Source: Fibrobacteria bacterium
Lineage (GTDB): Bacteria > Fibrobacterota > Fibrobacteria > UBA11236
Reading direction: 5' to 3'
NCBI GenBank assembly: GCA_043745805.1
Contig: JAYTSD010000043.1
Span: 105,089-169,088, forward strand
DNA length: 64,000 bases
The position numbers and the translations under genes were made by a program. The notes beneath the pieces were generated by a model. The model had not been told where the DNA came from. It ran no database searches and saw nothing but the letters and a program-made list of their open reading frames with translations. Shown one piece after another: positions 48,085 through 57,682 of this stretch (position 1 is its first letter; the number at the start of each line of letters is the position of its first letter).

Positions 48085-48161
48085 CGGTTTTTCATGCTCA
48101 ACATTGGTAGATTATTCAGATAAATTATTCACCAACACTTCAAAAAGTTAGATTAATAGAA

Positions 48162-49523
48162 ATGTCTTGCAAGAAATTTTCCCGCCGAACATATAAGGTC
48201 GCAAAAACCCTTGGATGCTTAAGTGTAGTTATAGCCTTGCAGGGGAATGCCTTTTTATTTGCCGACGATTTATCCAACGGACTTAATGAAGCAGCGGGTG
48301 TTAACCTTACGGCAGAGGAAGGTTTTGGTGCGCGCCAATCGGCACGTTCTATCACCTTTGCAGGCTATAGTGGGGATGCGGACGCAGTGGCTAATGCACC
48401 AGCAGCCATGAATGATGTTAATGATTTTACTTTTAGTGTGGGACATCTCGAAAAATTTGGGACCGCGAAATTCGATCATTTTAATGTGCTTTTCCCCTTT
48501 CAAAGCAATAGTACATTGGGCTTGGGCTTGTCTCGCTTTGGCGTGAATGATATTGAAAAAAGGGTAGGGGTGGTTGGCAATTTTACTGAACCGGATGGCT
48601 ATTTTTCTAGTGCCGATTATTTGATAGTTGGTGCTTTGGCACGACATTTTGGTGATTTAGATATAGGCGCTAATTTACATATGCTTTACCGCCAATTAGA
48701 CCAAAGCGGTGTCGGATTGCGTGGGGATGTGATGGCGCAATATACGGTGGCAGAAAATTTTCGTGTGAATACCCTTATAAAAGGCGCATTACCTTCTTCA
48801 GCGCATTGGAGTAGTGGCTATACTGAATATCAACCCACTGACGTTTTTTTAGGATGCGGATTAAAAGTTCCTGCTGAATATTTTTATGGTGAATTACAAA
48901 TAGCCCTACAAACAGAAGGTTTATTTCAACAAAATGGTAAAAGTCCTACTTCATTAACAGGGGGACGTATTCACGAAAGCCCTCTTGATATTTTGACGAC
49001 TACAAATTTGGGATTGGAATATATTTTTGATTTTGGTCTAGCCCTTAGAGCGGGAACAAATAATTTGGATATAGCGGATTTAATGTCAGTATTTTCTTTA
49101 GGATTGGGATATTCATGGCGGCATATTGTGACGGTAGATTATAGCTTTGCTCCCGCTCCAGGCTTATTGGCAGCGCAAAGAATCTCCATTCAATGCACGC
49201 CTTCTTTTGCGCATTTTAACGGTTTAAATTATCGCGGACATAATGCTAAGACAGACGAACAAAAAAAATCTCCAATATCTGTTCCACAAGCTCCTTCTGA
49301 GAATGGGGAGATGGAGGAAGCGGTTCAAGAAGAGGAATTACCCTTAGCGACAAGACCTAAAACCGAAGTTCAACTCACGCGTCCTGTTTCACCTGCTCAA
49401 AGCGCATCAACAAACGCATCACCAAAAGTGATAGCACCAGATCCATCTAAGCAAACTCCTGCGGCGGACGAAGAACCAAAATCCACTTCGGAAGTATTAG
49501 AGAAGGAAGAAATTGAAAATTAA
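48162..49523 (+). CDS. PorV/PorQ-like outer-membrane barrel with low-complexity tail
   Basis: GFGARQ...A.NAPAAM start, alternating beta strands, VDYSF; acidic/Pro-rich C-terminus. Confidence 0.65.
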   Translation: MSCKKFSRRTYKVAKTLGCLSVVIALQGNAFLFADDLSNGLNEAAGVNLTAEEGFGARQSARSITFAGYSGDADAVANAPAAMNDVNDFTFSVGHLEKFGTAKFDHFNVLFPFQSNSTLGLGLSRFGVNDIEKRVGVVGNFTEPDGYFSSADYLIVGALARHFGDLDIGANLHMLYRQLDQSGVGLRGDVMAQYTVAENFRVNTLIKGALPSSAHWSSGYTEYQPTDVFLGCGLKVPAEYFYGELQIALQTEGLFQQNGKSPTSLTGGRIHESPLDILTTTNLGLEYIFDFGLALRAGTNNLDIADLMSVFSLGLGYSWRHIVTVDYSFAPAPGLLAAQRISIQCTPSFAHFNGLNYRGHNAKTDEQKKSPISVPQAPSENGEMEEAVQEEELPLATRPKTEVQLTRPVSPAQSASTNASPKVIAPDPSKQTPAADEEPKSTSEVLEKEEIEN

Positions 49524-49529
49524 GTTTGC

Positions 49530-50015
49530 TTAATCTTGCCCAATAAAATTGTGCTGATAAGTTTCAAAATTAGGGAGTATGGATACCACCCTATCTAAGC
49601 CCACGGTGCGCAAGCTTTCAATTAAATGTTCATCGTCCGTGATTATGCAGGCCTTTTTCATTTCTTGCGAAAGTCTTTGAATGGATTTGGCCAATAAATG
49701 AATGACGGTGCTATCGAGATAGGAGCTGGATTTAAATTCAAAGGCTAAGGATTTGGGGTTTTCGTCCAAGCTTTTAGCCACTTCGACTTTCAACAATTCC
49801 ACATCTTTAATTTTATATAGTGTACCCATAATAGTCATACGTACATGGCCATGCAGACTTTGTTTTTCAAGCCAGAAGGGGAAATCTTTTTCGGGTTGAA
49901 AGGCGGCTTGGCAGTTGGAGCATTGATTTTCCCCCGAAAGTGATTCGGTAAAAATATGCCCACAATTTTTACATTTTAAAAAGCGAACTGTTGGATATTT
50001 CTCTTCGTTTCTCAA
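49530..50015 (-). CDS. Zn-ribbon + STAS (anti-anti-sigma-like) protein
   Basis: CKNC...CSNC; YLDSTV, LRTVGLDRV. Confidence 0.75.
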   Translation of the reverse strand: MRNEEKYPTVRFLKCKNCGHIFTESLSGENQCSNCQAAFQPEKDFPFWLEKQSLHGHVRMTIMGTLYKIKDVELLKVEVAKSLDENPKSLAFEFKSSSYLDSTVIHLLAKSIQRLSQEMKKACIITDDEHLIESLRTVGLDRVVSILPNFETYQHNFIGQD

Positions 50016-50179
50016 TTTATCCTGCAGTTATTAATTAGTTTCGTTTTACTCAAAAAAAGTGTGTAAAATATACTTAATGACATCTCATTATTTGTTAGTT
50101 TTAGGCATCATTTTCCACAGGCTCACTGTAGACTTTGTCAGGACTATTAATCGCTCGGTTAAATTCGAGGGGGTAGCTT

Positions 50180-52210
50180 ATCAAATTTGATATTCGATCT
50201 GTTGGTATTTTCGATGTTGTCTCCGCTCGTTTAAACGACGGTGAAGTATTCGATTCTGCTAAACTGAAAAATACAATTCGTTTTTTAATTGAAAACGATA
50301 TGCGCAATGTGGTTATCGATCTCGGTACTTTAGAGTACTTGTATAGCGACACTATCAATGCTTTTATCGCCTCCAATCGACATATGCTTGAGGTGAGTGG
50401 ACGCATAGCCATTTTAACTGAACATCCAAAAGTGCAAGATATTTTAAAGCGCGCGGGACTCGATAATATTATGCGCATCTACCGTTCCGAAGCAGAAATG
50501 ATCGCCGACTCGAAAGAGATTTTGCGACAAACTTCTAGTTATCGAATTGAAGAATTGCAAAAAATTTCCAGCCAAGCCAATGAACCCCCACCAGTGCCTA
50601 AAACTGAATTCGATGAATTCCGTATGGAAATGGGTGAACAGCTTGGTAATAAGCTCGAAAATAATGAATTACCGCAGTATCAATTTGGGGCACCACAAGT
50701 TACCCCTCAACCTGTGAGTCCACCGCCTGCGCAGCCACCTGTAAACGCTCCAGCAAATTTTGATTTTCCCACAGTGCAAATGCCTGCTCAACCGTATGCA
50801 CAAGTCCCTCCCGTTAGCAATACACCGAATCATGGTGCCACGCAACCTCCCGTGGGCTTTATGCCTACGGATCTCAGTGACGAAGATATTGATCCACGCC
50901 AACGTAAAGCTGGACAAGAACGTTTACGCAATGCACGTCGTCCACAAGGTCGTCGTGTAGGAGGACGTTTTGAAGGGGATGATGCTGAGCTCGAAAACTC
51001 ACCCGCTCAAAATGAAGCAATGGCCTATTCCGAGCCCGCTCCCCAAGCCACTTATGGCATGTCACAAGATATCGCGCCAGAAAATCAACCCTATGAAAAA
51101 CCCATTTCTTCTTCAAAATTAGAAGACGATAACAAGTCAGTGGGTAAATGGATATTTATTGTTTTGGCCATTTTATTATTTGGTGGCCTTGCCGTGTTTT
51201 ATTTCTCCAATAGTACTTCATCCACACAAGATAAATTGACGAAGGTCGCTCCTAAAGTGGAAACCCCGACAGCTCCAGTGAATGAGTCGTTGCCTCCAGT
51301 CGCTGCAAAGCCTGTTGAAGTCGTTCCCACACCAGGCATTCCAGCTGTAAAGCCAGTGGAAGACGTAAAGCCTGTGTCTGCAGGGAAATCGGGCCATGAG
51401 AAAAACCAAGGCAAGAAACCTAAAGCCGAAGTCAAACCAATTGCACCTACAGAGCCTGTTACACCTACCGCTCCGGTCGAGGTACAAAAGCCTATAGTAC
51501 CCACTCCCCCTCCGGCCGTAACAAAGCCTGTAAAGTCCGCCAAGCCCACTTCAACGCCGGCTGTGGCAAATGCTTTTAAAGTGATTAGCAATCCTCCGGG
51601 TGCCGAAGTATTAGTGAACTTCTCTAAAAAAGGAGTTACCCCTCTTGAATTGGAATTAGCAAATAACACTAATAAAATTATGATTCGTTTATCGGGTTAT
51701 AAAAAATTCGAAGCAACGGTAGCCAAAAATTCTACGGAACATGAAATCAATGTGACCTTAGAAAAAGACGGCGGCGCAGCTCCTGCTCCTACACCTAAAG
51801 TTGAAGAACCGAAACCAACTCCTCCGCCAAAGCCCACTCCTGTGGTGGAAAAGCCTAAGCCCGAGCCAAAGGAAGAGCCGGTGGTGGAAAAGCCCAAACC
51901 AGCTCCTAAACCCGCGCCGGTGGTGGAAAAACCAAAGCCAGAACCTAAGATTGAAGAACCTGCGGCTGAAAAGCCAAAGTCGGCTCCTCAACCAGGAACG
52001 GGTGCTATTGGAATAATTTTCTTATCGAGTAGCCCTGCCCGTGCCGATATAACTATCGATGGAAATGCTACAGGAAAGAAAACTCCGGTTAAGGTGGAGC
52101 TACCTTCCGGTATGCATCGCATTCAAATGTCCAAGGGTGGTCAATCGGCAACGATGGACCAAGAGGTTAATGAAGGCAAGAATAAAGCCTTACACATGAC
52201 TCTTCAATAG
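50180..52210 (+). CDS. STAS + TM + Pro-rich linker + two PEGA domains; probable ATC start at 50180 (first ATG 50300)
   Basis: STAS core VVIDLGTLEYLYSD...ILKRAGLD; TM WIFIVLAILLFGGLAVFYF; SNPPGAEV...GVTP and SSPARADI...KKTP PEGA motifs. Confidence 0.75.
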   Translation: MKFDIRSVGIFDVVSARLNDGEVFDSAKLKNTIRFLIENDMRNVVIDLGTLEYLYSDTINAFIASNRHMLEVSGRIAILTEHPKVQDILKRAGLDNIMRIYRSEAEMIADSKEILRQTSSYRIEELQKISSQANEPPPVPKTEFDEFRMEMGEQLGNKLENNELPQYQFGAPQVTPQPVSPPPAQPPVNAPANFDFPTVQMPAQPYAQVPPVSNTPNHGATQPPVGFMPTDLSDEDIDPRQRKAGQERLRNARRPQGRRVGGRFEGDDAELENSPAQNEAMAYSEPAPQATYGMSQDIAPENQPYEKPISSSKLEDDNKSVGKWIFIVLAILLFGGLAVFYFSNSTSSTQDKLTKVAPKVETPTAPVNESLPPVAAKPVEVVPTPGIPAVKPVEDVKPVSAGKSGHEKNQGKKPKAEVKPIAPTEPVTPTAPVEVQKPIVPTPPPAVTKPVKSAKPTSTPAVANAFKVISNPPGAEVLVNFSKKGVTPLELELANNTNKIMIRLSGYKKFEATVAKNSTEHEINVTLEKDGGAAPAPTPKVEEPKPTPPPKPTPVVEKPKPEPKEEPVVEKPKPAPKPAPVVEKPKPEPKIEEPAAEKPKSAPQPGTGAIGIIFLSSSPARADITIDGNATGKKTPVKVELPSGMHRIQMSKGGQSATMDQEVNEGKNKALHMTLQ

Positions 52211-52226
52211 TGTTTATAATTAGAGT

Positions 52227-52916
52227 GTGAAGCTCTCGCAGCTAGAATTCAAGCCTGGAAAGCGGACCAAATTTGTGGGTCCGCCTCCTTTAAAAAAACC
52301 TAAACTGCGGTTGCTTTTATTGTTGTTACTTGCAGCCCCGGTTTATTTTATTTTAGAAAAACCTGTGGTGATAAAGTTTTTTCATCACACATTACCGGGA
52401 AATTTTGCGGGCTTTATGGATTCGGGAGATGCTATAAAGACGAATCTTGAAGAGACTAAGATTGAATCAGTAAAATCCGAAAAAACTTCTTTGTTGCCAG
52501 CACGTCCCATTTTCAACGCACAAACGCCTTTGCAATCTTTTCGTTTATTTAATCCTGCAGATTCTGCCAGCCAAAATTTGGAAAATAAAAATTGGTTGGG
52601 GGATGAAAAGAGTTTGCTTTTTTTTCCACCAAATAATAATCGTAATTGTGATATTCGCCCCATTTTGCCGGGAAAGTTGGTGAAACTACATCGCGAAGGA
52701 AAAAACTCTTGGGTTAAAATTTATCATGGTTTAAATCTATACTCTACTTATACACATTTTTACCCACTCGCTAATTTGCTGGAAGGTGAAAAAGTTGGAA
52801 ATATTCTAGGTTATATTATGGCTAAAGATAGCAGTGCCTTACCTTTTGAATTGCAAATCGAAAAAGAGGGTTTAATGATTTCTCCCGCCAAATTTTTGAA
52901 TATGCTATCCGAATGA
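52227..52916 (+). CDS. Membrane-anchored degenerate M23/LytM-like protein
   Basis: IRPILPGKLV, WVKIYHG..LYSTYTH, GEKVG, ISP..FL; HxH motif absent. Confidence 0.5.
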   Translation: MKLSQLEFKPGKRTKFVGPPPLKKPKLRLLLLLLLAAPVYFILEKPVVIKFFHHTLPGNFAGFMDSGDAIKTNLEETKIESVKSEKTSLLPARPIFNAQTPLQSFRLFNPADSASQNLENKNWLGDEKSLLFFPPNNNRNCDIRPILPGKLVKLHREGKNSWVKIYHGLNLYSTYTHFYPLANLLEGEKVGNILGYIMAKDSSALPFELQIEKEGLMISPAKFLNMLSE

Positions 52917-53281
52917 GAGCATCTTGGGAATTCAAAAATGCATATTTGCAAATTTATCAGCAGGGTCATCGATGGCCACAGTCCGCGGTAGCTTATATTT
53001 ATCATTTACTTGCACGTAGAATTAGACCTGCTGCGAGATCTGTCATTGGGCCTGTGGAACTACAACATTTAAATACCGAAATTATTTGTCAAAAATTTAA
53101 ACAAGAATTAAAAAATGATTTTGGAAAATTGGCGAAAAACGTTCTGTATGATTGGGGAATAAATAGCTATTCTCAATTGGGGCAAATTATATTTGCCTTG
53201 GCAGAAAACAAATGTTTGGTTTTACAGGAAAGTGATCGCTTGGAAGATTATGAAAAGGCCGGAAACATTGAGTTGGAATAG
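52913..53281 (+). CDS. Minf_1886-like conserved protein
   Basis: FGKLAKNVLYDWGI...LGQIIFAL...DRLEDY pattern. Confidence 0.6.
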   Translation: MRASWEFKNAYLQIYQQGHRWPQSAVAYIYHLLARRIRPAARSVIGPVELQHLNTEIICQKFKQELKNDFGKLAKNVLYDWGINSYSQLGQIIFALAENKCLVLQESDRLEDYEKAGNIELE

Positions 53282-53981
53282 CTTGCTTGGCATTGCAGTA
53301 TTATCGGCAAGTTTTTTTTGGGCTTGCTTAGGCGATAATAATGTGGTGCGTGAACCCACCAAGGTCAGCACAATTCAAGTAGATAGTTTACGCTTTTTAC
53401 CCGTGGGCAAAAGATTTATAACTGACTCGAATGCGCAAATTTTATTTCAGCATATCCATGCCGGTTTTAAATGCTCCATGATTTCCCCCTTTGGAATGAA
53501 TAGTGATATGCATGGCGATACTTTATTTTTATCTCCTAACATTGGAGCGATTTTACCGGCTAATGAAAATTGTGCTTTAGATTCTAATGGACGGGATAGC
53601 ATTTCCCTTTTTTACTTTCATGATTCATTAAACTCTATTCAGCTTAGAAACTCTAAGGGTACGGTAACCGACAAAGCTTTAAGAGTCAAAGCGCATAGTT
53701 ATGCGGATAGTTTTTTATTGATTAAAGGAATTTCTCAGCAAAGCGATTCTAGTCGCTTTGCTTTTAGCGACACAGCAGGAATTTTTCCACGCCTATTAAG
53801 GGCGAAAAGTTTAACAGCTTGCGAAGCCTTGAATTATGCAAATTATCGTAAGTATGGAGACACTTTAAAAATCACTTTTGGTTGGGTACTTTTTGACTCA
53901 TTGCTTGTCCCTACACATTGCGATACGGCCATTTCTCGACAAGAATTTTTGCAAGTGTTGCCGGCTTTAATAATTCCTTAA
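53250..53981 (+). CDS. Hypothetical lipoprotein (ATG 53250 likely)
   Basis: Signal ending FFWAC; long open frame. Confidence 0.55.
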   Translation: MKRPETLSWNSLLGIAVLSASFFWACLGDNNVVREPTKVSTIQVDSLRFLPVGKRFITDSNAQILFQHIHAGFKCSMISPFGMNSDMHGDTLFLSPNIGAILPANENCALDSNGRDSISLFYFHDSLNSIQLRNSKGTVTDKALRVKAHSYADSFLLIKGISQQSDSSRFAFSDTAGIFPRLLRAKSLTACEALNYANYRKYGDTLKITFGWVLFDSLLVPTHCDTAISRQEFLQVLPALIIP

Positions 53982-54001
53982 AAGGATTACTTAGTTTTAT
54001 T

Positions 54002-55099
54002 TTAAGTCGATAAAATTTTTGTTAAATAACCACATAGGTTTTTGGGTAAATCATCAGTGGCGATATTTTTCATCCCTTCGCTTGCCAAGTGTTGATAGTG
54101 ATGCCGTAAAGTCTCATCATTCCATAATTGCATAATCGCCTCGGCCAATTTATGTTCATCAGCACAATTAATTCCCAAGGCTAACCCTTGTGCGAATTCT
54201 GCTTGGCTAGAGGCATCATGATAAATACAGGCTTTGCCTTGTGTGAGCGCTTCGTATAAAGGGAATCCAAAGCCTTCGTATAAGGAACTGCTGATGAAAA
54301 GTGTGCATTGCGCATAATACGCCCACAAAAGGTTTTCTTCAATATACCCTAATAAATGCACATGATTTTGCATAGCATGTGTTTGAATAGTTTGTTCTAG
54401 TTCCGCTAGTCCCCAAGCTTTATTGCCAACAATAAATAAATCGGGTATTGTCGGGTTTTGTTTTTTTGCCCCAGCAAAAGCTTTTACCAAGAGCGGAAAG
54501 TTTTTGCGTGGTTCAATATTTCCCACTCCTAGCAGAAACGGCACAGAGAAAATGGTTTTTGAGAAAGTAATATTTTTATGACTTTGCATCGGTTTATAAT
54601 TAGGTGGGATTACAGCGATATGGGGTATGGCGTCAGTAAATAAGTGTCTTATTCTTTGTTGGGTAAATTGAGTGCTAGTGATAAGAGCTTGTGCTTGAGG
54701 GATTTTTTTTCGTAACCAATTTCGATTATAATTATCAAATTTCGAATTGCGCCAGCCTAATTTTTCCAATGGAGCAACATCGGCAATCAATAGAATATAA
54801 AGCGCATGTGGCTTCCACCAAGGTAGGGTTTGCCCTAAACACAAGACACCTTTAGGAGCTTTTCGCCAAATGAGAAAGGGGAAAATAATTTGCGTCCATA
54901 AACGAAAAGGTTTGGCTTGCACATAAATGGGATTTAAAAAATGAGGTAACTTGAACATTTCGTTTTTACGGAGAATAACTTCAATATGATGAGTTTGTGC
55001 AAGCGGTTCGAGGGCTTGTAAAAATAAACGCACGTGGCGACCTAGACCTGAATCATTACCCGCTGCAAGTGCTTCTACGAGGAGTTTTGGTTTAAGCAT
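54002..55099 (-). CDS. GT4-family glycosyltransferase
   Basis: VGNIEPRKN, SLYEGFGFPLYEA. Confidence 0.92.
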   Translation of the reverse strand: MLKPKLLVEALAAGNDSGLGRHVRLFLQALEPLAQTHHIEVILRKNEMFKLPHFLNPIYVQAKPFRLWTQIIFPFLIWRKAPKGVLCLGQTLPWWKPHALYILLIADVAPLEKLGWRNSKFDNYNRNWLRKKIPQAQALITSTQFTQQRIRHLFTDAIPHIAVIPPNYKPMQSHKNITFSKTIFSVPFLLGVGNIEPRKNFPLLVKAFAGAKKQNPTIPDLFIVGNKAWGLAELEQTIQTHAMQNHVHLLGYIEENLLWAYYAQCTLFISSSLYEGFGFPLYEALTQGKACIYHDASSQAEFAQGLALGINCADEHKLAEAIMQLWNDETLRHHYQHLASEGMKNIATDDLPKNLCGYLTKILST

Positions 55100-56390
55100 G
55101 CCGTGAAATTTTATCCGTAGGTAAAATATTTTTTTTACCCTCTGGGTTTTTCCATTCTATAAAACGACTGAAGATTAAGCTTATCCATAAACAAAAAATG
55201 GGTAATAAGGGAAAAATAAAACGTGAATAGGCGCTTAATAAACTTAAACCAGCTAACGATAAAATGGCAAAACCTAAGGAGTATAATATTTCGACCGGAA
55301 TTTTTTTTCGATGCTTCCACGTGGGCCATAAACACAAAAGGCACAGAAAAAAAATAGGGGCATAGGTGAAGCTGAGATTACCCGTTTTTAATTCGCTATG
55401 CGAGGTGGGGAAATGAGAAAAAGGATAATCCATAATCAGGCGATTCACATTGGCGCACCAATTCAAAAAAAACTTTTTAGGGTATTTTTTGATATTGGCA
55501 ATAGCTGCTTTTTTGAATTGTTCTCCCTTTTCGACTTCATTAAGTGACGCTAATTTTTTCATTAACTCTGCTTCGCTAGGGAAGGCTTCGGGATGTTCGC
55601 TAACCACATTCATAGGGATCACATCCCCTAAAAGTTTTGGTTCAGGAACGGTTAACGTATAAAGTTGACTTCCTCCTGTATTTCCCCAATAAAAAAACTT
55701 TCCGGTAAGGCGATAGGTGTATAGCAAATAAGGGGTACATAAAAATAAAGCAGTGATTAGTACTAACATTGTTTGCAGGTTCTTTTTTTTAGAGTTACTC
55801 CAAAAACCCAGAGCTGCACAGGGAATGGAAAATAGCACCACATAAGCGAAGAAAAATTTGGTTAAGATTAAATAACCTAAAAAACAGGCGGTTGCTATAA
55901 AATCAATCCAAGCAATACCATGACTTTCATTTCTAAGTAGCCGGCAATAAAAGAAAAGGCCTCCCGCGATAAGGAAAAACGCTAACATTTCGGTCATTAA
56001 CAAATGCAACCAGCTTGCCCCAAAAAGAAAAGCATAAAGCATAATTGCAAAAATACAGAGATTACTCGCCTTCTGGGAAGGAGACGTTGAGTTAATGGGA
56101 AGATAAGCGCGTAAATTTATCCATAAAAATAAGACACCTCCTTCGAGGAAGAGTACATTAATAAGCTTAGCCCAAATCAGCGGGATATGGGCTAAGCGAA
56201 AAGGGATGAGTAGTAAAGGATAACCTGGCCCATTCCATAAAAACAAGGTATCATGGGGTGCATAGAATCCTTGGAGCAGATTATCAGCATAATAAACAAA
56301 ACGGTCTTCATCGAGTATAAAAACATTTTGCGCGCGCAAAATGATATAGACTACCAAAAAAAATGCAAAACCCAAAAAGGGAATTTTCAA
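55092..56390 (-). CDS. Polytopic membrane protein, GT-C/ArnT-like glycosyltransferase
   Basis: DE..Y, PGYPLLL, LMTE, R-F/Y..P motifs; about 10 TM segments. Confidence 0.65.
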   Translation of the reverse strand: MKIPFLGFAFFLVVYIILRAQNVFILDEDRFVYYADNLLQGFYAPHDTLFLWNGPGYPLLLIPFRLAHIPLIWAKLINVLFLEGGVLFLWINLRAYLPINSTSPSQKASNLCIFAIMLYAFLFGASWLHLLMTEMLAFFLIAGGLFFYCRLLRNESHGIAWIDFIATACFLGYLILTKFFFAYVVLFSIPCAALGFWSNSKKKNLQTMLVLITALFLCTPYLLYTYRLTGKFFYWGNTGGSQLYTLTVPEPKLLGDVIPMNVVSEHPEAFPSEAELMKKLASLNEVEKGEQFKKAAIANIKKYPKKFFLNWCANVNRLIMDYPFSHFPTSHSELKTGNLSFTYAPIFFLCLLCLWPTWKHRKKIPVEILYSLGFAILSLAGLSLLSAYSRFIFPLLPIFCLWISLIFSRFIEWKNPEGKKNILPTDKISRHA

Positions 56391-56425
56391 ATCTTTGCTC
56401 CAATTTTTAATTTAGCATATCATTT

Positions 56426-56441
56426 TGGCATTCGTCTTGCA
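56426..56441 (+). promoter_or_regulatory. Putative sigma-54 (-24/-12) promoter
   Basis: TGGCATTCGTCTTGCA = GG-N10-GC, 26 bp upstream of the amidohydrolase start. Confidence 0.45.
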
Positions 56442-56467
56442 TCAGAAATGGACTACAATCTTTCCTT

Positions 56468-57682
56468 GTGATATATACAGCCGATTTTTTAGTGTCTCCG
56501 GGGAAAAATCCCATTCGTCAGGGTGCAATGCGTATTCAAGGGCAGCGCATTGTGCAAGTGGGAAATCGAGATGAAATTAAAGCTCATCCTGGCGAAGAAG
56601 TTTATGAGTTAAACGATGCTCTATTAATGCCCGGACTAATTAATGCGCATTGCCATTTGGAATTAGGAATGATGCGAGGGGTTTTGTCGGGTGAACAATC
56701 TTTTGCTTTATGGGTAAGCCGATTACGTAAATTCCTCTTATCTGCTTTGCCCGCGGATTATGCAAATGCGACACAACTTGGTGCTTTAGAGTGTTTAAAA
56801 AATGGGATTACTACGGTTGTCGATGTTGGTAACACCGGAGAACCCTTTGGCGTATTACAACAAATTCCTATTCGTTCCTTTCCGCATTTAGAATTAATCG
56901 GTTTGGATCCTGCGGTGGCAGAATCTCGTTTGTGCGAAGCTAAATCCAAAATAACGAATTTATCTGCTTTTCCGTCTTTAATGCGGCCCTCTTTGGCGGC
57001 GCATGCGCCCTTTTCATGTTCTATTGAATTATTACAAATATTACAAAATGATTTGGCCGCGGCGAGTTCATTCTTCACTATGCATTTAGCAGAAAGTAAG
57101 GAAGAACAATTATTGTTTTTGGAAGGTCGTGGACCCTTATGGGAATTTTGTCGACGCATTTTCCCTGCGATGCAATGCCCTGCGGAAACACCGGTAAAAT
57201 ATTTACAGCGAAATAATTTGTTACCCTCACAAGCTTTATGGGTGCATGGTAATTTATTGCAAGCGGAGGATTTTGAAATTTTAGCACAAACCAAAAGTAC
57301 TCTGGTGCATTGTCCGAAAAGCCACGCTTTCTTTCATCATCCACGATTTGCTTATACGGAGGCTGTTGCCGCAGGATTAAATATTTGCTTAGGCACCGAC
57401 AGCTTAGCGTCAAATGATAGTTTAAGTATTTTTGATGAGATGGCGGAGTTTAAACGAGTATATCCTCAAGTTACCTGCCAAGAAATTTTTAAAATGGCTA
57501 CGGTGAATGGGGCGAATGCTTTGGGGTACAGTGATTTAGGTCGCTTAGAAGTGGGCGCATTGGCGGATTTTATTGCGATTCATTTTAAGCATGATGAAGC
57601 TTGTATTTTGGAAGATGAAATTGTTTGCGAAGCGCATGAAGTTAGTTTGGTGGTGGTAAATGGAGAAGCGGTAATACAATGA
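56468..57682 (+). CDS. Amidohydrolase-family metal-dependent deaminase (MtaD/aminofutalosine deaminase-like)
   Basis: PGLINAHCH, HAPFS, MHLAES, VHG, HCPKS, LGTDSLAS. Confidence 0.88.
   Translation: MIYTADFLVSPGKNPIRQGAMRIQGQRIVQVGNRDEIKAHPGEEVYELNDALLMPGLINAHCHLELGMMRGVLSGEQSFALWVSRLRKFLLSALPADYANATQLGALECLKNGITTVVDVGNTGEPFGVLQQIPIRSFPHLELIGLDPAVAESRLCEAKSKITNLSAFPSLMRPSLAAHAPFSCSIELLQILQNDLAAASSFFTMHLAESKEEQLLFLEGRGPLWEFCRRIFPAMQCPAETPVKYLQRNNLLPSQALWVHGNLLQAEDFEILAQTKSTLVHCPKSHAFFHHPRFAYTEAVAAGLNICLGTDSLASNDSLSIFDEMAEFKRVYPQVTCQEIFKMATVNGANALGYSDLGRLEVGALADFIAIHFKHDEACILEDEIVCEAHEVSLVVVNGEAVIQ

Noticed and set aside
50101-50478. 125-aa minus-strand ORF and similar short antisense ORFs throughout
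   Set aside because: Shadows of well-supported genes on the opposite strand; no motifs
51780-51990. Repeated GTGGTGGAAAA(G/A)CC units as CRISPR or tandem array
   Set aside because: In-frame coding repeats (VVEKPKP) of a Pro-rich linker; irregular spacing; no cas genes
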